This document shows positions 1-9,316 of a stretch of DNA of 64,000 nucleotides, piece after piece. Source of the DNA: an uncultured Thermoproteaceae archaeon (lineage in GTDB: Archaea; Thermoproteota; Thermoprotei; Thermoproteales; Thermocladiaceae); the NCBI GenBank assembly GCA_964575955.1, contig CAZNTG010000006.1, forward strand, positions 320,001 to 384,000. The letters run 5' to 3'. The translations under genes and the position numbers were made by a program. How positions within the stretch are numbered: position 1 is the first letter of the stretch; every line of letters starts with the position of its first letter. The notes beneath the pieces are model-generated. The model ran no database searches. It was given only the letters and a program-made list of their open reading frames with translations, and was not told where the DNA came from.

Positions 1-1
1 T

Positions 2-289
2 GAAAATCTAGATGTTAGATATAGTGGATATGCAATACATATAATACCTAAAGATGTTAATAAAGGTACAGCTGTGAAATTTTATAGTAAAATATCTAAA
101 GTACCTGTAGAAAACATTGTAGCTATTGGTGATAGTGATACAGATATAGAACTTCTACAGGCTGTTGGAATACCTGTAGCTGTATCAAATGCTACAGAAA
201 ATTTGAAGAAGATTGCAAAAATAGTAACATCAAAACCAAGTGGTAGAGGTGTTGCAGAATTTCTTAGAAAATTTATACTATTCTACTAA
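2..289 (+). CDS. HAD-superfamily phosphatase (phosphoglycolate phosphatase/Cof-like), 5'-truncated
   Basis: Frame open from position 2; motifs VNKGTAV and AIGDSDTDIELL...VAVSNA (HAD motifs III/IV). Confidence 0.85.
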   Translation, partial: ENLDVRYSGYAIHIIPKDVNKGTAVKFYSKISKVPVENIVAIGDSDTDIELLQAVGIPVAVSNATENLKKIAKIVTSKPSGRGVAEFLRKFILFY

Positions 290-3200
290 GCTGTTGATAC
301 TCTCTTAATATATCCATGTCTTGGCATATATAGATCACCATTCTTAATCATTATGTTAATTAACTGCTCTACAGTCTGTCTATCAAGACCAGCATTCTCA
401 GCTTCCTTAATAACATCTTCAATCTTTACAGGTTTACCACCATTTGCTTCTTCAAGTTTTGCAATTATATCTCTAAGTATTGCAAATTTCTCCTGCTTAC
501 TTCTAGGCTTACCTGTCATTATTATATCAATATCTATCTTACCTGTCTCAATGTCAATACCAACACTCTTCAAAAACTTTTCAAATAGTCTTATAGCTCT
601 TTCAGCATCTTCACGCTCAACTAGAGGACTAAGCCTCATCTTTGCTTCAGCTTCTGCAAGTCTTATCAATGCTTCTAACTGTCTTGCAGTGATTGCTATT
701 GGTGAATTTGGATCTGAAGATTTAGATCTAAGATTTATATAGAATTCCATAATTATATCCTTAGCCTCTTTAGTCCATCTAGGCTTAACATACTTTCTAG
801 CATATGCGATGTACTTTCTAAGTAGTTCAGGTGGTATTATATCTCTAAATTCTGGTGGAAGTTCACCACTGTGTAGTGTTGTTACATGTTCAGCAACCTT
901 CTTATCTTGCTCAAGCATTGGTTGGTCTCTTATAATGAATATTAAGTCAAATCTTGACAATAGTGTAACAGGAAGATCAACATTCTCAGCAACAGTCCTA
1001 TTTGGTAAATATCTACCAAATGCTGGATTAGCTGCTGCAAGAACTGCACATCTAGCATTCAAAGTAGCTACAATACCTGCCTTAGCTATAGATATTGTCT
1101 GCTGTTCTAAAGCTTCATGCATTGCTACTCTATCCTTAGCATCCATCTTATCAATCTCATCAATGACACACACGCCCATATCAGCTAGTACAAGAGCACC
1201 AGCCTCAAGATAGAATTCACCACTAAGCTTATCCTTAACAACTGCCGCAGTATTATGAACAACAAGACCATTAGTAATAAATGAGTGAGAATTTGAAACT
1301 GTAAAATCATAAACATCTTCATCATTAACATCTTCATAAGAAATTTCAATAACTTTAGTAGCAACTACATCATCACTCAACAATACTACATCATCATAAG
1401 AATTCAAAATCTCAACAACATATGAAGAATCTCTACAATATACTTTACATAGAACTCCAATACGTTTAAATAGTATATCAAGTTGATATGCAAAAACCTT
1501 ACTAGGAACTTCAATAACAGCCTTACCATTTAGATATTTTGAAATCTTAATAAACTCTTTCAGGAATATCTTAATGTAATTATCAGGGAGTAGTGTTATT
1601 AATGGATTAATAATTCTACCAAACTCTGTATGATAATATACAAGCTTCTTAATTAAACTTAGAAGTTTCCTATCTAGAACTTCAATAATAATGCAGTCAT
1701 TATGTTCTTCAGTTTTTATATCAAATACATTACATAGTCTATACACGATGTTCATAAATCTGTCTTTAACATGTCTATTAGCTATTCTACATATTATACG
1801 GTTATTTCTAATTTCAGAAGTTAGGTATAGATATGGTAAAATTCTTATAAAGTCTTTCAATATTTCTACACTACTCACACAATATTCCGACTCTCCTAAT
1901 TGTCCAATAGCAATCTTTACTCTATTTAAAAGTACTTTACATAAATACTTAACTACTCTCTCTCCATTAACTATACTTGGTAATTTTCTAACCTCAAGTA
2001 TGTATTCTCCAACATTTAATTTATGAGCCTCTTTCCAATATATAGAATTTCCATCATAGACCAGTACTTTAGTTTCAGGTGTTAGTTTAATCTCTTTTCC
2101 AAGTGAATTAACTATTTTTACAATATTTCTAGTCTTCACTTTATAGTACTGTGTTACAGCTTCTATTCTCAATTTTAAATCTTCTGTTAATGATGTTGTA
2201 TATATCTTTTTTGGATTTAATGATATTGTTATACCGTTTCCAAGCTCTCTATATCCTTTTTTAAACATCTTTTCAATAATAGTTTTAATTGGTACTACTC
2301 CTAGGCTAGTATAGACTACACTGTCAGGTGCTACACATAGTCCAGCTGCACTTGATCCCTTTCCTGTTGTGTATACTGCTCTAGGTGCTATTCTAGCAAC
2401 AAATCTCAGTAGTTGACTCTTACCTGTACCTGGATCTCCTACTAGTAGTACATGTATATCACCTCTAACTCTAACACCGTCAGGATATACTTTAGGAACA
2501 CCACCAAATAATAGACATGCAATTGCTTCTTTCACATCTTCAAGACCGTATATTGATGGTGCTATTGATTTAATTATCCTCTCTCTAATATTTGGATCTC
2601 TAGCAAGTTCTTCAATAACTCTCTGATCTTCAGGAGTTATCTCAACTTCAGCAAACTCTTTCTGTTGTGCTTCAACATAGTTTGCCTCAATATAGCTAGA
2701 TATTACAGGTGGTTTTGTCCTCTTTAACTCATATGCATTTATGTCTAATATACCTACAACATATACTCTATCACCAGGCTTTACAACATCTACAAGATCG
2801 TCAGTCAGTATAACTTCAACACTCCTAGGTAATTGTCCAGGTGGTAAATCTTCAGGTTTTTCCTGTACAATAATCTTCTGCCAATCAATATATTCACACT
2901 TCTCCTGTACAAGTTTCAAAACACCACCACACCTAATACACTTCTTAGGAGGTTGTACTGGAACAGCATAATATTGAGGAACGTCAACTTCAAAACCACA
3001 ATTATCACATCTAAAGACCATCTTCTTTAAGAAGTGTTTTGGTGGTGTCTCTCTAGTGACAATACCTTCAATCATTATTAACTTACCAATATATTGACTT
3101 CTCAACCTTCTTAATGGAATAGTCTCAGATAATTTTCTAAATCTTGCATGAAATGTCTTTACAGATTTAGCAAACTCTGGATCTTTCTCCAATATTATCT

Positions 3201-3441
3201 GTCTAAGTGCTTCACTTGCAGCATATATGATCTCTCTAGGATGTTCAATAAGTAGATCTGCAAGTTCTTTATCAAATAGTATCAAATCAGGAAAATCTAC
3301 ACATACAGATTTCTTTCTCTGAATTATTATTGTATTAATCTCATCAATATACTTATCATTACTTGTGAAAAACTGTTTAAACTTATCAATTATCTGTTCA
3401 ATATTTATTTTAACTTCAAGTTCTTCAACATGCATAGACAT
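286..3441 (-). CDS. mcm: MCM replicative helicase (intein-containing)
   Basis: Zn finger CDNC..CIRC, Walker A GDPGTGKSQ, Walker B CVIDEIDKM, LLSRFD arginine finger, ITARQLE sensor; GGTGA SD-like motif at 3448-3452. Confidence 0.98.
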   Translation of the reverse strand: MSMHVEELEVKINIEQIIDKFKQFFTSNDKYIDEINTIIIQRKKSVCVDFPDLILFDKELADLLIEHPREIIYAASEALRQIILEKDPEFAKSVKTFHARFRKLSETIPLRRLRSQYIGKLIMIEGIVTRETPPKHFLKKMVFRCDNCGFEVDVPQYYAVPVQPPKKCIRCGGVLKLVQEKCEYIDWQKIIVQEKPEDLPPGQLPRSVEVILTDDLVDVVKPGDRVYVVGILDINAYELKRTKPPVISSYIEANYVEAQQKEFAEVEITPEDQRVIEELARDPNIRERIIKSIAPSIYGLEDVKEAIACLLFGGVPKVYPDGVRVRGDIHVLLVGDPGTGKSQLLRFVARIAPRAVYTTGKGSSAAGLCVAPDSVVYTSLGVVPIKTIIEKMFKKGYRELGNGITISLNPKKIYTTSLTEDLKLRIEAVTQYYKVKTRNIVKIVNSLGKEIKLTPETKVLVYDGNSIYWKEAHKLNVGEYILEVRKLPSIVNGERVVKYLCKVLLNRVKIAIGQLGESEYCVSSVEILKDFIRILPYLYLTSEIRNNRIICRIANRHVKDRFMNIVYRLCNVFDIKTEEHNDCIIIEVLDRKLLSLIKKLVYYHTEFGRIINPLITLLPDNYIKIFLKEFIKISKYLNGKAVIEVPSKVFAYQLDILFKRIGVLCKVYCRDSSYVVEILNSYDDVVLLSDDVVATKVIEISYEDVNDEDVYDFTVSNSHSFITNGLVVHNTAAVVKDKLSGEFYLEAGALVLADMGVCVIDEIDKMDAKDRVAMHEALEQQTISIAKAGIVATLNARCAVLAAANPAFGRYLPNRTVAENVDLPVTLLSRFDLIFIIRDQPMLEQDKKVAEHVTTLHSGELPPEFRDIIPPELLRKYIAYARKYVKPRWTKEAKDIIMEFYINLRSKSSDPNSPIAITARQLEALIRLAEAEAKMRLSPLVEREDAERAIRLFEKFLKSVGIDIETGKIDIDIIMTGKPRSKQEKFAILRDIIAKLEEANGGKPVKIEDVIKEAENAGLDRQTVEQLINIMIKNGDLYMPRHGYIKRVSTA
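1252..2337 (-). mobile_element. Intein in MCM (CDC21-b site), 362 aa, degenerate LAGLIDADG region
   Basis: Insert between GKGSSAAGL and TAAVVKD; starts CVAPDS; block B-like IKLTPETKVL; block F/G VYDFTVSNSHSFITNGLVVHN; Thr at +1. Confidence 0.95.
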
Positions 3442-3452
3442 GTATAATCACC

Positions 3453-3926
3453 TTATAAAATTCCTAAAATATGTATAAACCACTCTTTTATCAATGATAC
3501 AATTTTTCTAACAAGAATCTCCTCTTCAATAGTTAACTTATCTAAGAAATCTCTACTGATAGCAATATCAGGATTTACAGCAACAACATTTAAAATTTTC
3601 TTTAATCTCAACTGTACTAATTCACGAAGATTATGTTGAATCTCTCTTACTGTTTTATAATCTTCTCTCTTAGAAGCTTCAACAATGGATAATCTAGATA
3701 GTGTATATAATTCTTTAGGTATCTTTCTCAAATCTACACTTCTCCTCTCAAGCCAATAGTATTCAACTATCTTCTCAGGTCTTAATCTATGTTCTTCACA
3801 TAGTTGTTCACCTTTCTTAATCAGTTTCTCAGCTATTAGTGGAATTGTTGATAGTAGTCTATCTCCATGAAGATCAACTTTTACCAATCCCGAATTAACA
3901 TACACATCTACCAACTCTCTAATCAT
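3453..3926 (-). CDS. GINS complex subunit (Gins23-like)
   Basis: Directly upstream of mcm as in crenarchaeal gins23-mcm; IPLIAEKLIKKG and LVQLRLKKIL...LTIEEEIL GINS-like motifs. Confidence 0.7.
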   Translation of the reverse strand: MIRELVDVYVNSGLVKVDLHGDRLLSTIPLIAEKLIKKGEQLCEEHRLRPEKIVEYYWLERRSVDLRKIPKELYTLSRLSIVEASKREDYKTVREIQHNLRELVQLRLKKILNVVAVNPDIAISRDFLDKLTIEEEILVRKIVSLIKEWFIHILGIL

Positions 3927-3972
3927 GAATCTAGCAAACTTACTATACCTAAACGGTATATAAGGGGCTTCT

Positions 3973-4212
3973 TTGACATTATTCCTAATGAGTGAGATAT
4001 CAGAAAGTAAGAGAGAAGATGCTATTAGTAGAGTATTGAAATTACTATCAAAAAATGTGTATGAACTATCAGATAGAGAGATTAGAGAATTATTATCAAT
4101 ACTTCCAGATGCATTAAATGAGATACCTAGTGTTACAAAGACTAATGTAGAAAAATTACAACTCTATAAAATACTAAAACAGATATTGGAAGATGTTGAG
4201 AAAAGTAAATAG
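3973..4212 (+). CDS. Small helical hypothetical protein
   Basis: 79-aa ORF divergent from gins, overlaps start of next gene, coding-like composition. Confidence 0.6.
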   Translation: MTLFLMSEISESKREDAISRVLKLLSKNVYELSDREIRELLSILPDALNEIPSVTKTNVEKLQLYKILKQILEDVEKSK

Positions 4213-5437
4213 AGATTTAAAGTATTACAAAATTTTGAAATCTATAGAAAAACTATGTAAAATATCAAATCCAGAGATAGGTGATATAGTTGATAGAGCA
4301 TTATCAGGTAGAGAATTGTATAGAGAAGATTGTATCAAGATGCTAAGTAGTGATGATCCTGTTGATATTGAACTCTTAAGATTATGTGCAGATTATGTTA
4401 GGTGGATTCTATGTGATGATTATGTAACATTTGTATGTAATAGAAATATAAATTTTACAAATGTATGTGTCATAGGTTGTAAATTCTGTAGCTACTCTGT
4501 ACCTCCTGATAGTCCAAGAGGATATGTATATACTATTGACGAAGTTAGGAGAAAGGTGTTGGAGGGATTGAAAGTTTATGGTATAACTGAAGTATGTCTT
4601 CAAGGTGGTATTAATCCAAAGCTAGGTCTAGACTACTATATAAAAATTTTAAATTGTATAAAAAGTATAGATTCTAAAATTCATATTCACGCATTCTCGC
4701 CACAGGAAATATATTACATATCTGTTAGAGAGGGTATCAAAATTAGAGAGCTTTTAAAAATACTTAGAGAAAATGGACTTGACTCAATACCTGGAACTGC
4801 TGCAGAGATATTGCATGATGATGTGAGAAAGACTATATGTCCTAATAAGATTAGTACATCGAAGTGGATAGAGATAATTAAGGAAGCTCATAGTCTAGGC
4901 ATTAGAACAACATGTACAATAATGTATGGACATGTTGAAAGTGTTGAACATGTTGCACATCACTTAGATATTCTTAAGAATATTCAAAAGGAGACAGGTG
5001 GATTTACAGAACTTGTACTACTACCATACATACATTATAATACTAGACTGTATAGAGAATGTGACTGTAGACCAGGATCATCCTCGATATACGATATTAA
5101 GATATGTGCCACTTCTAGAATATATCTTGCACCATATATAAAGAACATACAGGTATCATGGGTTAAGTTAGGTAGAAAATTTGCACAATACTTACTAACA
5201 TGTGGAGCTAATGATCTCGGTGGTACTCTAATTGAAGAACATATATCACATGCCGCTGGTGCTTTTGAAAGATATATGATTAGTAGAGAAGAATTTATAG
5301 AATTGATAATTAATATCGATAGAATACCTGCTGAAAGAACAACACTATACAAGATAATTAGGGTATATTATCAGAGCGGGAATAAATCATCAATTATCAG
5401 TGGTACAACCGGGTCATCACTCAGTACAGTATGTTAA
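4193..5437 (+). CDS. cofH: Radical SAM protein, CofH/MqnC family (most like FO synthase subunit CofH)
   Basis: NRNINFTNVCVIGCKFC (CxxxCxxC), IHIHAFSPQE, PGTAAEIL, IQVSWVKLG, GANDLGGTLIEEHISHAAGA. Confidence 0.75.
   Translation: MLRKVNRDLKYYKILKSIEKLCKISNPEIGDIVDRALSGRELYREDCIKMLSSDDPVDIELLRLCADYVRWILCDDYVTFVCNRNINFTNVCVIGCKFCSYSVPPDSPRGYVYTIDEVRRKVLEGLKVYGITEVCLQGGINPKLGLDYYIKILNCIKSIDSKIHIHAFSPQEIYYISVREGIKIRELLKILRENGLDSIPGTAAEILHDDVRKTICPNKISTSKWIEIIKEAHSLGIRTTCTIMYGHVESVEHVAHHLDILKNIQKETGGFTELVLLPYIHYNTRLYRECDCRPGSSSIYDIKICATSRIYLAPYIKNIQVSWVKLGRKFAQYLLTCGANDLGGTLIEEHISHAAGAFERYMISREEFIELIINIDRIPAERTTLYKIIRVYYQSGNKSSIISGTTGSSLSTVC
5371..5420 (-). ncRNA. C/D box sRNA (2'-O-methylation guide)
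   Basis: Minus strand: GTGATGA-cccggttgtacca-CTGA-taa-TTGATGA-tttattcccgct-CTGA; antisense to cofH 3' end. Confidence 0.85.
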
Positions 5438-5464
5438 TTATGAAGAACTTAAACATATCTCACT

Positions 5465-6079
5465 ATGTGTCTAGAAGTTAAGAATATCATTGATAAGATA
5501 TGTGAAAACTCTATCAAATATGTAGGAATAGATCTTGGACATCCAAGAAAGAGAAGTACAGGAGTTTGTATATATGATTCTCATAAAGACTATTTTTACA
5601 TATTTACAACATATCCAACATGTATAATAACAATGTTCAATATTTTAAAAAATGTTAAATATGTTGCTATAGATGCACCACTATCACTTCCAAAGAGAGG
5701 TATTGAGAGAGAGTTAGAGAAAGTATGTAGAAGATTTGGAATTAGACTTATACCACCACTATTAGGAAGTATGAAGAGATTGACAATATGTGGTATATGT
5801 ATTAGAGAGATTTTAGAGAAGATGAATATTAAAGTTATTGAAACACATCCATACTCATCTCTCAAAGTATCTAAAGTTAATGTAGAGGAAATTATGAAAA
5901 ATCTAAATAGTAAGATTAAGAAACCTCTAAATAAGCATGAGATAGATGCCTTAATATGTTGTCTAGTTGCTATAGCATATGATAAAAACATGTACGTTAG
6001 TATAGATGTAGAAAATGATAAACTTATCTTATTCAATGAGGAATTTGTAAGAAAATGCCTAAAGAGAGAATTACAATAA
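5465..6079 (+). CDS. DUF429-family predicted nuclease (RNase H-like fold)
   Basis: YVGIDLG, VAIDAPLSLP, VIETHP, HEIDALIC motifs. Confidence 0.8.
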   Translation: MCLEVKNIIDKICENSIKYVGIDLGHPRKRSTGVCIYDSHKDYFYIFTTYPTCIITMFNILKNVKYVAIDAPLSLPKRGIERELEKVCRRFGIRLIPPLLGSMKRLTICGICIREILEKMNIKVIETHPYSSLKVSKVNVEEIMKNLNSKIKKPLNKHEIDALICCLVAIAYDKNMYVSIDVENDKLILFNEEFVRKCLKRELQ

Positions 6080-6423
6080 GAGTTAGACCTGTAACAAATA
6101 TTAAAGAACTTATGAGATGTGTATTTTATAACTCTCCATCTAGATTTGTAGAACCAGCATTACTAGTACTTGAATATATTATAAATAATGGTGGATGTGT
6201 AACATATGATGTGTATGAAATATCTTCAAAAATATATAGAAGACATACAGATGTTGAATATGTTATTAAGAAGATGCTACAATTAGGAATGTTAGAGATC
6301 AGAGATAGGGACATTATATGTGTATCAGATAAATTTTCTAAAAATATAGAGTCAATACTGAATGTGTGGAATCAAGTGTTGAAACATGTTGAGAAAAGTA
6401 GAATTGAAAGGTTTCATAGCTAG
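6055..6423 (+). CDS. Hypothetical protein, probable winged helix
   Basis: Helix-turn-helix-wing pattern VEYVIKKMLQLGMLEIRD..ICVSDKFS. Confidence 0.55.
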   Translation: MPKERITIRVRPVTNIKELMRCVFYNSPSRFVEPALLVLEYIINNGGCVTYDVYEISSKIYRRHTDVEYVIKKMLQLGMLEIRDRDIICVSDKFSKNIESILNVWNQVLKHVEKSRIERFHS

Positions 6424-6946
6424 AAGGCCATTAAACAGAAGACATACATTCTACATACCTTGCAATATATTACTACAAAGTGATGTAGATACAGTACTAA
6501 AGTATAGAACAATTGGATATAATGTATGTCCATTAATGACTATAGATGAAGCTGAATTACTAGTAAAGAGAAAGCCATACCTTGTAAGACTACTACATAA
6601 ATACTCTATAAGTAGTATATTGATCATATGTGAAAGATTGAAAGATCTTGAAAATATTGAAGACATAATCGGACTTTTCAAAATAATTTCAATATTATTA
6701 AGAGATAGTCCTAGAGAACCTTTTGAAGGAGTTGAGATGTATAAATATTACCATATGTACAATCCTGATGAGTATGTTGATGGTCTAGTAATATGTGTAG
6801 AGTTATTTGAAAGATATGGCAAATCTATACGTAAAGTAGATTATAGAATTATTCACAGTGTATTAATTAGGAAGCTGAACATTTTGAAGAGTAGAAAGGG
6901 TGTTTGTAATATTATTGTTGACATACTTGATAAAGCATATCTATGA
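6386..6946 (+). CDS. Hypothetical protein
   Basis: 186-aa ORF overlapping upstream gene in an operon-like run. Confidence 0.55.
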   Translation: MLRKVELKGFIARRPLNRRHTFYIPCNILLQSDVDTVLKYRTIGYNVCPLMTIDEAELLVKRKPYLVRLLHKYSISSILIICERLKDLENIEDIIGLFKIISILLRDSPREPFEGVEMYKYYHMYNPDEYVDGLVICVELFERYGKSIRKVDYRIIHSVLIRKLNILKSRKGVCNIIVDILDKAYL

Positions 6947-7178
6947 GTTCTTGAATAATCTCTCTCCATGGAAATATCTTCTTTCCGACAACTTTCTTAC
7001 TTATAAAACATTTACTAACTCTAACATATATTCTACATTTACCACATCCAACCCATACAAATTTCTTATCTTCTATTAATTCTAGATTTGAATTACAATA
7101 TGGACATTTCACATTTGTTAAAAATATTTTGAAATGCTTATTCATGCTTAAAGAAGATGTTATCTCTTTATAGGTCAA
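6912..7178 (-). CDS. Small Zn-ribbon protein
   Basis: CPYC..CGKC. Confidence 0.6.
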   Translation of the reverse strand: MTYKEITSSLSMNKHFKIFLTNVKCPYCNSNLELIEDKKFVWVGCGKCRIYVRVSKCFISKKVVGKKIFPWREIIQELIDMLYQVCQQ

Positions 7179-7253
7179 TCCTGTAGAAATGAGATGTAGT
7201 TAATCACTATTTTATCTGTTCGATTTTAATATCTTTCAATACTTAAACATGCT

Positions 7254-7388
7254 GTGAAAAAGAGGAAGTTTGTATTAGAACTTCATGAGAATCCTTGGAC
7301 ATATATATTAAGACTATACCCAACATCTCAGGAGAGGAAGAAAATTCTTGATAGATTACTTAAGAGTGAAGAGGTAATAAGTGAGTAA
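7254..7388 (+). CDS. Possible 44-aa small protein (not in ORF track)
   Basis: GTG start, MKKRKFVLELHENPWTYILRLYP..., TTTTAATA about 25-30 nt upstream; fills an intergenic gap. Confidence 0.3.
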   Translation: MKKRKFVLELHENPWTYILRLYPTSQERKKILDRLLKSEEVISE

Positions 7389-8294
7389 TGTCAATACTAT
7401 ACACGTAGCTAATGGTAGTGGTGTTGCAGGACCATAACCCTTCTTTAGGCATAGTTTTATATTGACGTAAAAGCTTAGTGTGAAGAGTATTATGTATATT
7501 GCTAAGTATGTTACTAGCTGAACTATATTTAATACGCCTGTAATTAATTCAATACTCCACATAGTTGATAAAGAGTATAGTAAGAAGTCTCCGATACCTA
7601 GCATAATACCGTCAAGTCTTACTGTCAGTTTAGTGACTATATCTGAACTCTCTCTAAATCTACTATATGTAGAAACTTTTTGATAACTTTCTTCAACTTT
7701 AGAGATCCTCTTCTTAACTTCCTGAATACTCTTACCTAGAGGACCATAATATACTAAGACTATGTCCATTATAGGCATTAGTAGTATTATTAGAAATATT
7801 ATTGATGGATATAGATATATTATTAAGTCTAGAGATGCTAATGTACACACAATGAAGAATGCTATATATTTAATAATATGATTATCACTTCTCATCATCT
7901 TGACAAATATCAATGTTAATATTATAGATATTGTAAGTATTGTATATATGTAAGTGTCAGGTATTGTAAATATTGAAAATATTGCATATAGTATTGAAAA
8001 TATTGAAAAGAATGAAAATGTTGTAGACATAAGGTAGAATCCAAGTTTAGCTGCTCTAACTTTTCTAAACTTGACAATTAGATACATTATAGATGCAACA
8101 ATAAATTGTAAAACTACTATATATATTAGTAGTGGTAGATCTATCGAGATTCCCTTAACCATATATGTAAAATATTGACTACCTGTAGGTGTATTGAATA
8201 TGTATATTGTTAATAATGTCAATATTATCGATACTATAGGTATTGGAATTATTTTACCTATAACTACACTCCAGTTAATATTTTTCTCACTCAC
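7356..8294 (-). CDS. Presenilin-family (peptidase A22) intramembrane aspartyl protease
   Basis: Multiple TM segments; IMDIVLVYYGPL (first Asp), MLGIGDFLLYS (GxGD), PATPLP (PAL motif). Confidence 0.85.
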   Translation of the reverse strand: MSEKNINWSVVIGKIIPIPIVSIILTLLTIYIFNTPTGSQYFTYMVKGISIDLPLLIYIVVLQFIVASIMYLIVKFRKVRAAKLGFYLMSTTFSFFSIFSILYAIFSIFTIPDTYIYTILTISIILTLIFVKMMRSDNHIIKYIAFFIVCTLASLDLIIYLYPSIIFLIILLMPIMDIVLVYYGPLGKSIQEVKKRISKVEESYQKVSTYSRFRESSDIVTKLTVRLDGIMLGIGDFLLYSLSTMWSIELITGVLNIVQLVTYLAIYIILFTLSFYVNIKLCLKKGYGPATPLPLATCIVLTLLTYYLFTLK

Positions 8295-8345
8295 AACACT
8301 CAGGTAGTTAAGATTTAGTACTACATATTAACGTATCGTTAAGAC

Positions 8346-9251
8346 ATGAAGATCTTGACAGTATATTCGAGGTATAGAGAGCTAATTGCAATATCTGGTA
8401 TGTGGAAAGTTGTGAATATTACTAAATTTAGAAAATTTACACCAGACGCGTTTGTAGTAGTGAGTGGAGAACCTATACTAGGGTTAGAATGTGATTATTA
8501 TGATATTATGAAGATTGTAAATATATTACAGGAATATATATCAATATCAACACTCATATCAAGATGTAGACAGATTTTAGGATTTGATAAGAAGATATTT
8601 ATACTTGACAGAGCTTTAGAGTTAGAAAAATTGAATGATCTAGTTAGAGCGTGTTATTGTGGTAGTATTGATGGTATTGTGTTAACATATTTGAAAAATA
8701 TTAATCTAAACGATAATACAGCAAACATCATAGATACTCTAAGTGAAGATAGACAATACATATTTATAGATTTGAAAGATGTAGAGAAGTTAAGTATTGA
8801 AGAAGTAAGGAAATGTTTTGGAATTATTGTAAATCTAAATATTAAACCAAGTGAAAGTGTTGTACAATATTTAAGAGATAGAATATATTTGAAATATGGT
8901 AAGAGCAGGATTGTAATATCAATACCTCACATATATGCTACACCTAAACTGTTGAGTAGTGTTAAGAAGTATATCAATGGTATATGTTTATCAAGTGTTG
9001 GTAAAGATGTATTTATAGATGTTATAGATGTTGATAGAGATATTCAAGTCTATAGATGTGTAAATTGTAGAAAAGACTACATAACTAGTAGTAAAATTAA
9101 GAAGTGTGCTGTATGTAATGAGAAGCTTGTTGAAATATTTAGAGATTTTGAAGAGAGGTATTTTAGATATAGTTGTAGAGAGTTGAAGTATATATTCTTA
9201 AACAATTTAAAGAATGTTTTTGAAGGTATAAATGTGGAATATTTAGAATAA
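8346..9251 (+). CDS. Divergent nicotinate phosphoribosyltransferase-like protein with C-terminal Zn ribbon
   Basis: GEPILGLEC..Y..ISTLISRCRQILGFDKKIF resembles NAPRTase N-domain; QVYRCVNC...KKCAVC resembles archaeal NAPRTase C-terminus. Confidence 0.45.
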   Translation: MKILTVYSRYRELIAISGMWKVVNITKFRKFTPDAFVVVSGEPILGLECDYYDIMKIVNILQEYISISTLISRCRQILGFDKKIFILDRALELEKLNDLVRACYCGSIDGIVLTYLKNINLNDNTANIIDTLSEDRQYIFIDLKDVEKLSIEEVRKCFGIIVNLNIKPSESVVQYLRDRIYLKYGKSRIVISIPHIYATPKLLSSVKKYINGICLSSVGKDVFIDVIDVDRDIQVYRCVNCRKDYITSSKIKKCAVCNEKLVEIFRDFEERYFRYSCRELKYIFLNNLKNVFEGINVEYLE

Positions 9252-9252
9252 T

Positions 9253-9302
9253 TCAGCTGCGGTGCTCCTCTTCACTTATCTGAGTGGGGTAAGACTCATC
9301 AC
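9253..9302 (-). ncRNA. C/D box sRNA
   Basis: Minus strand: GTGATGA-gtcttaccccact-CAGA-taa-GTGAAGA-ggagcaccgcag-CTGA; just downstream of rps28e on the same strand. Confidence 0.85.
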
Positions 9303-9316
9303 AGTATTATAGTTTT

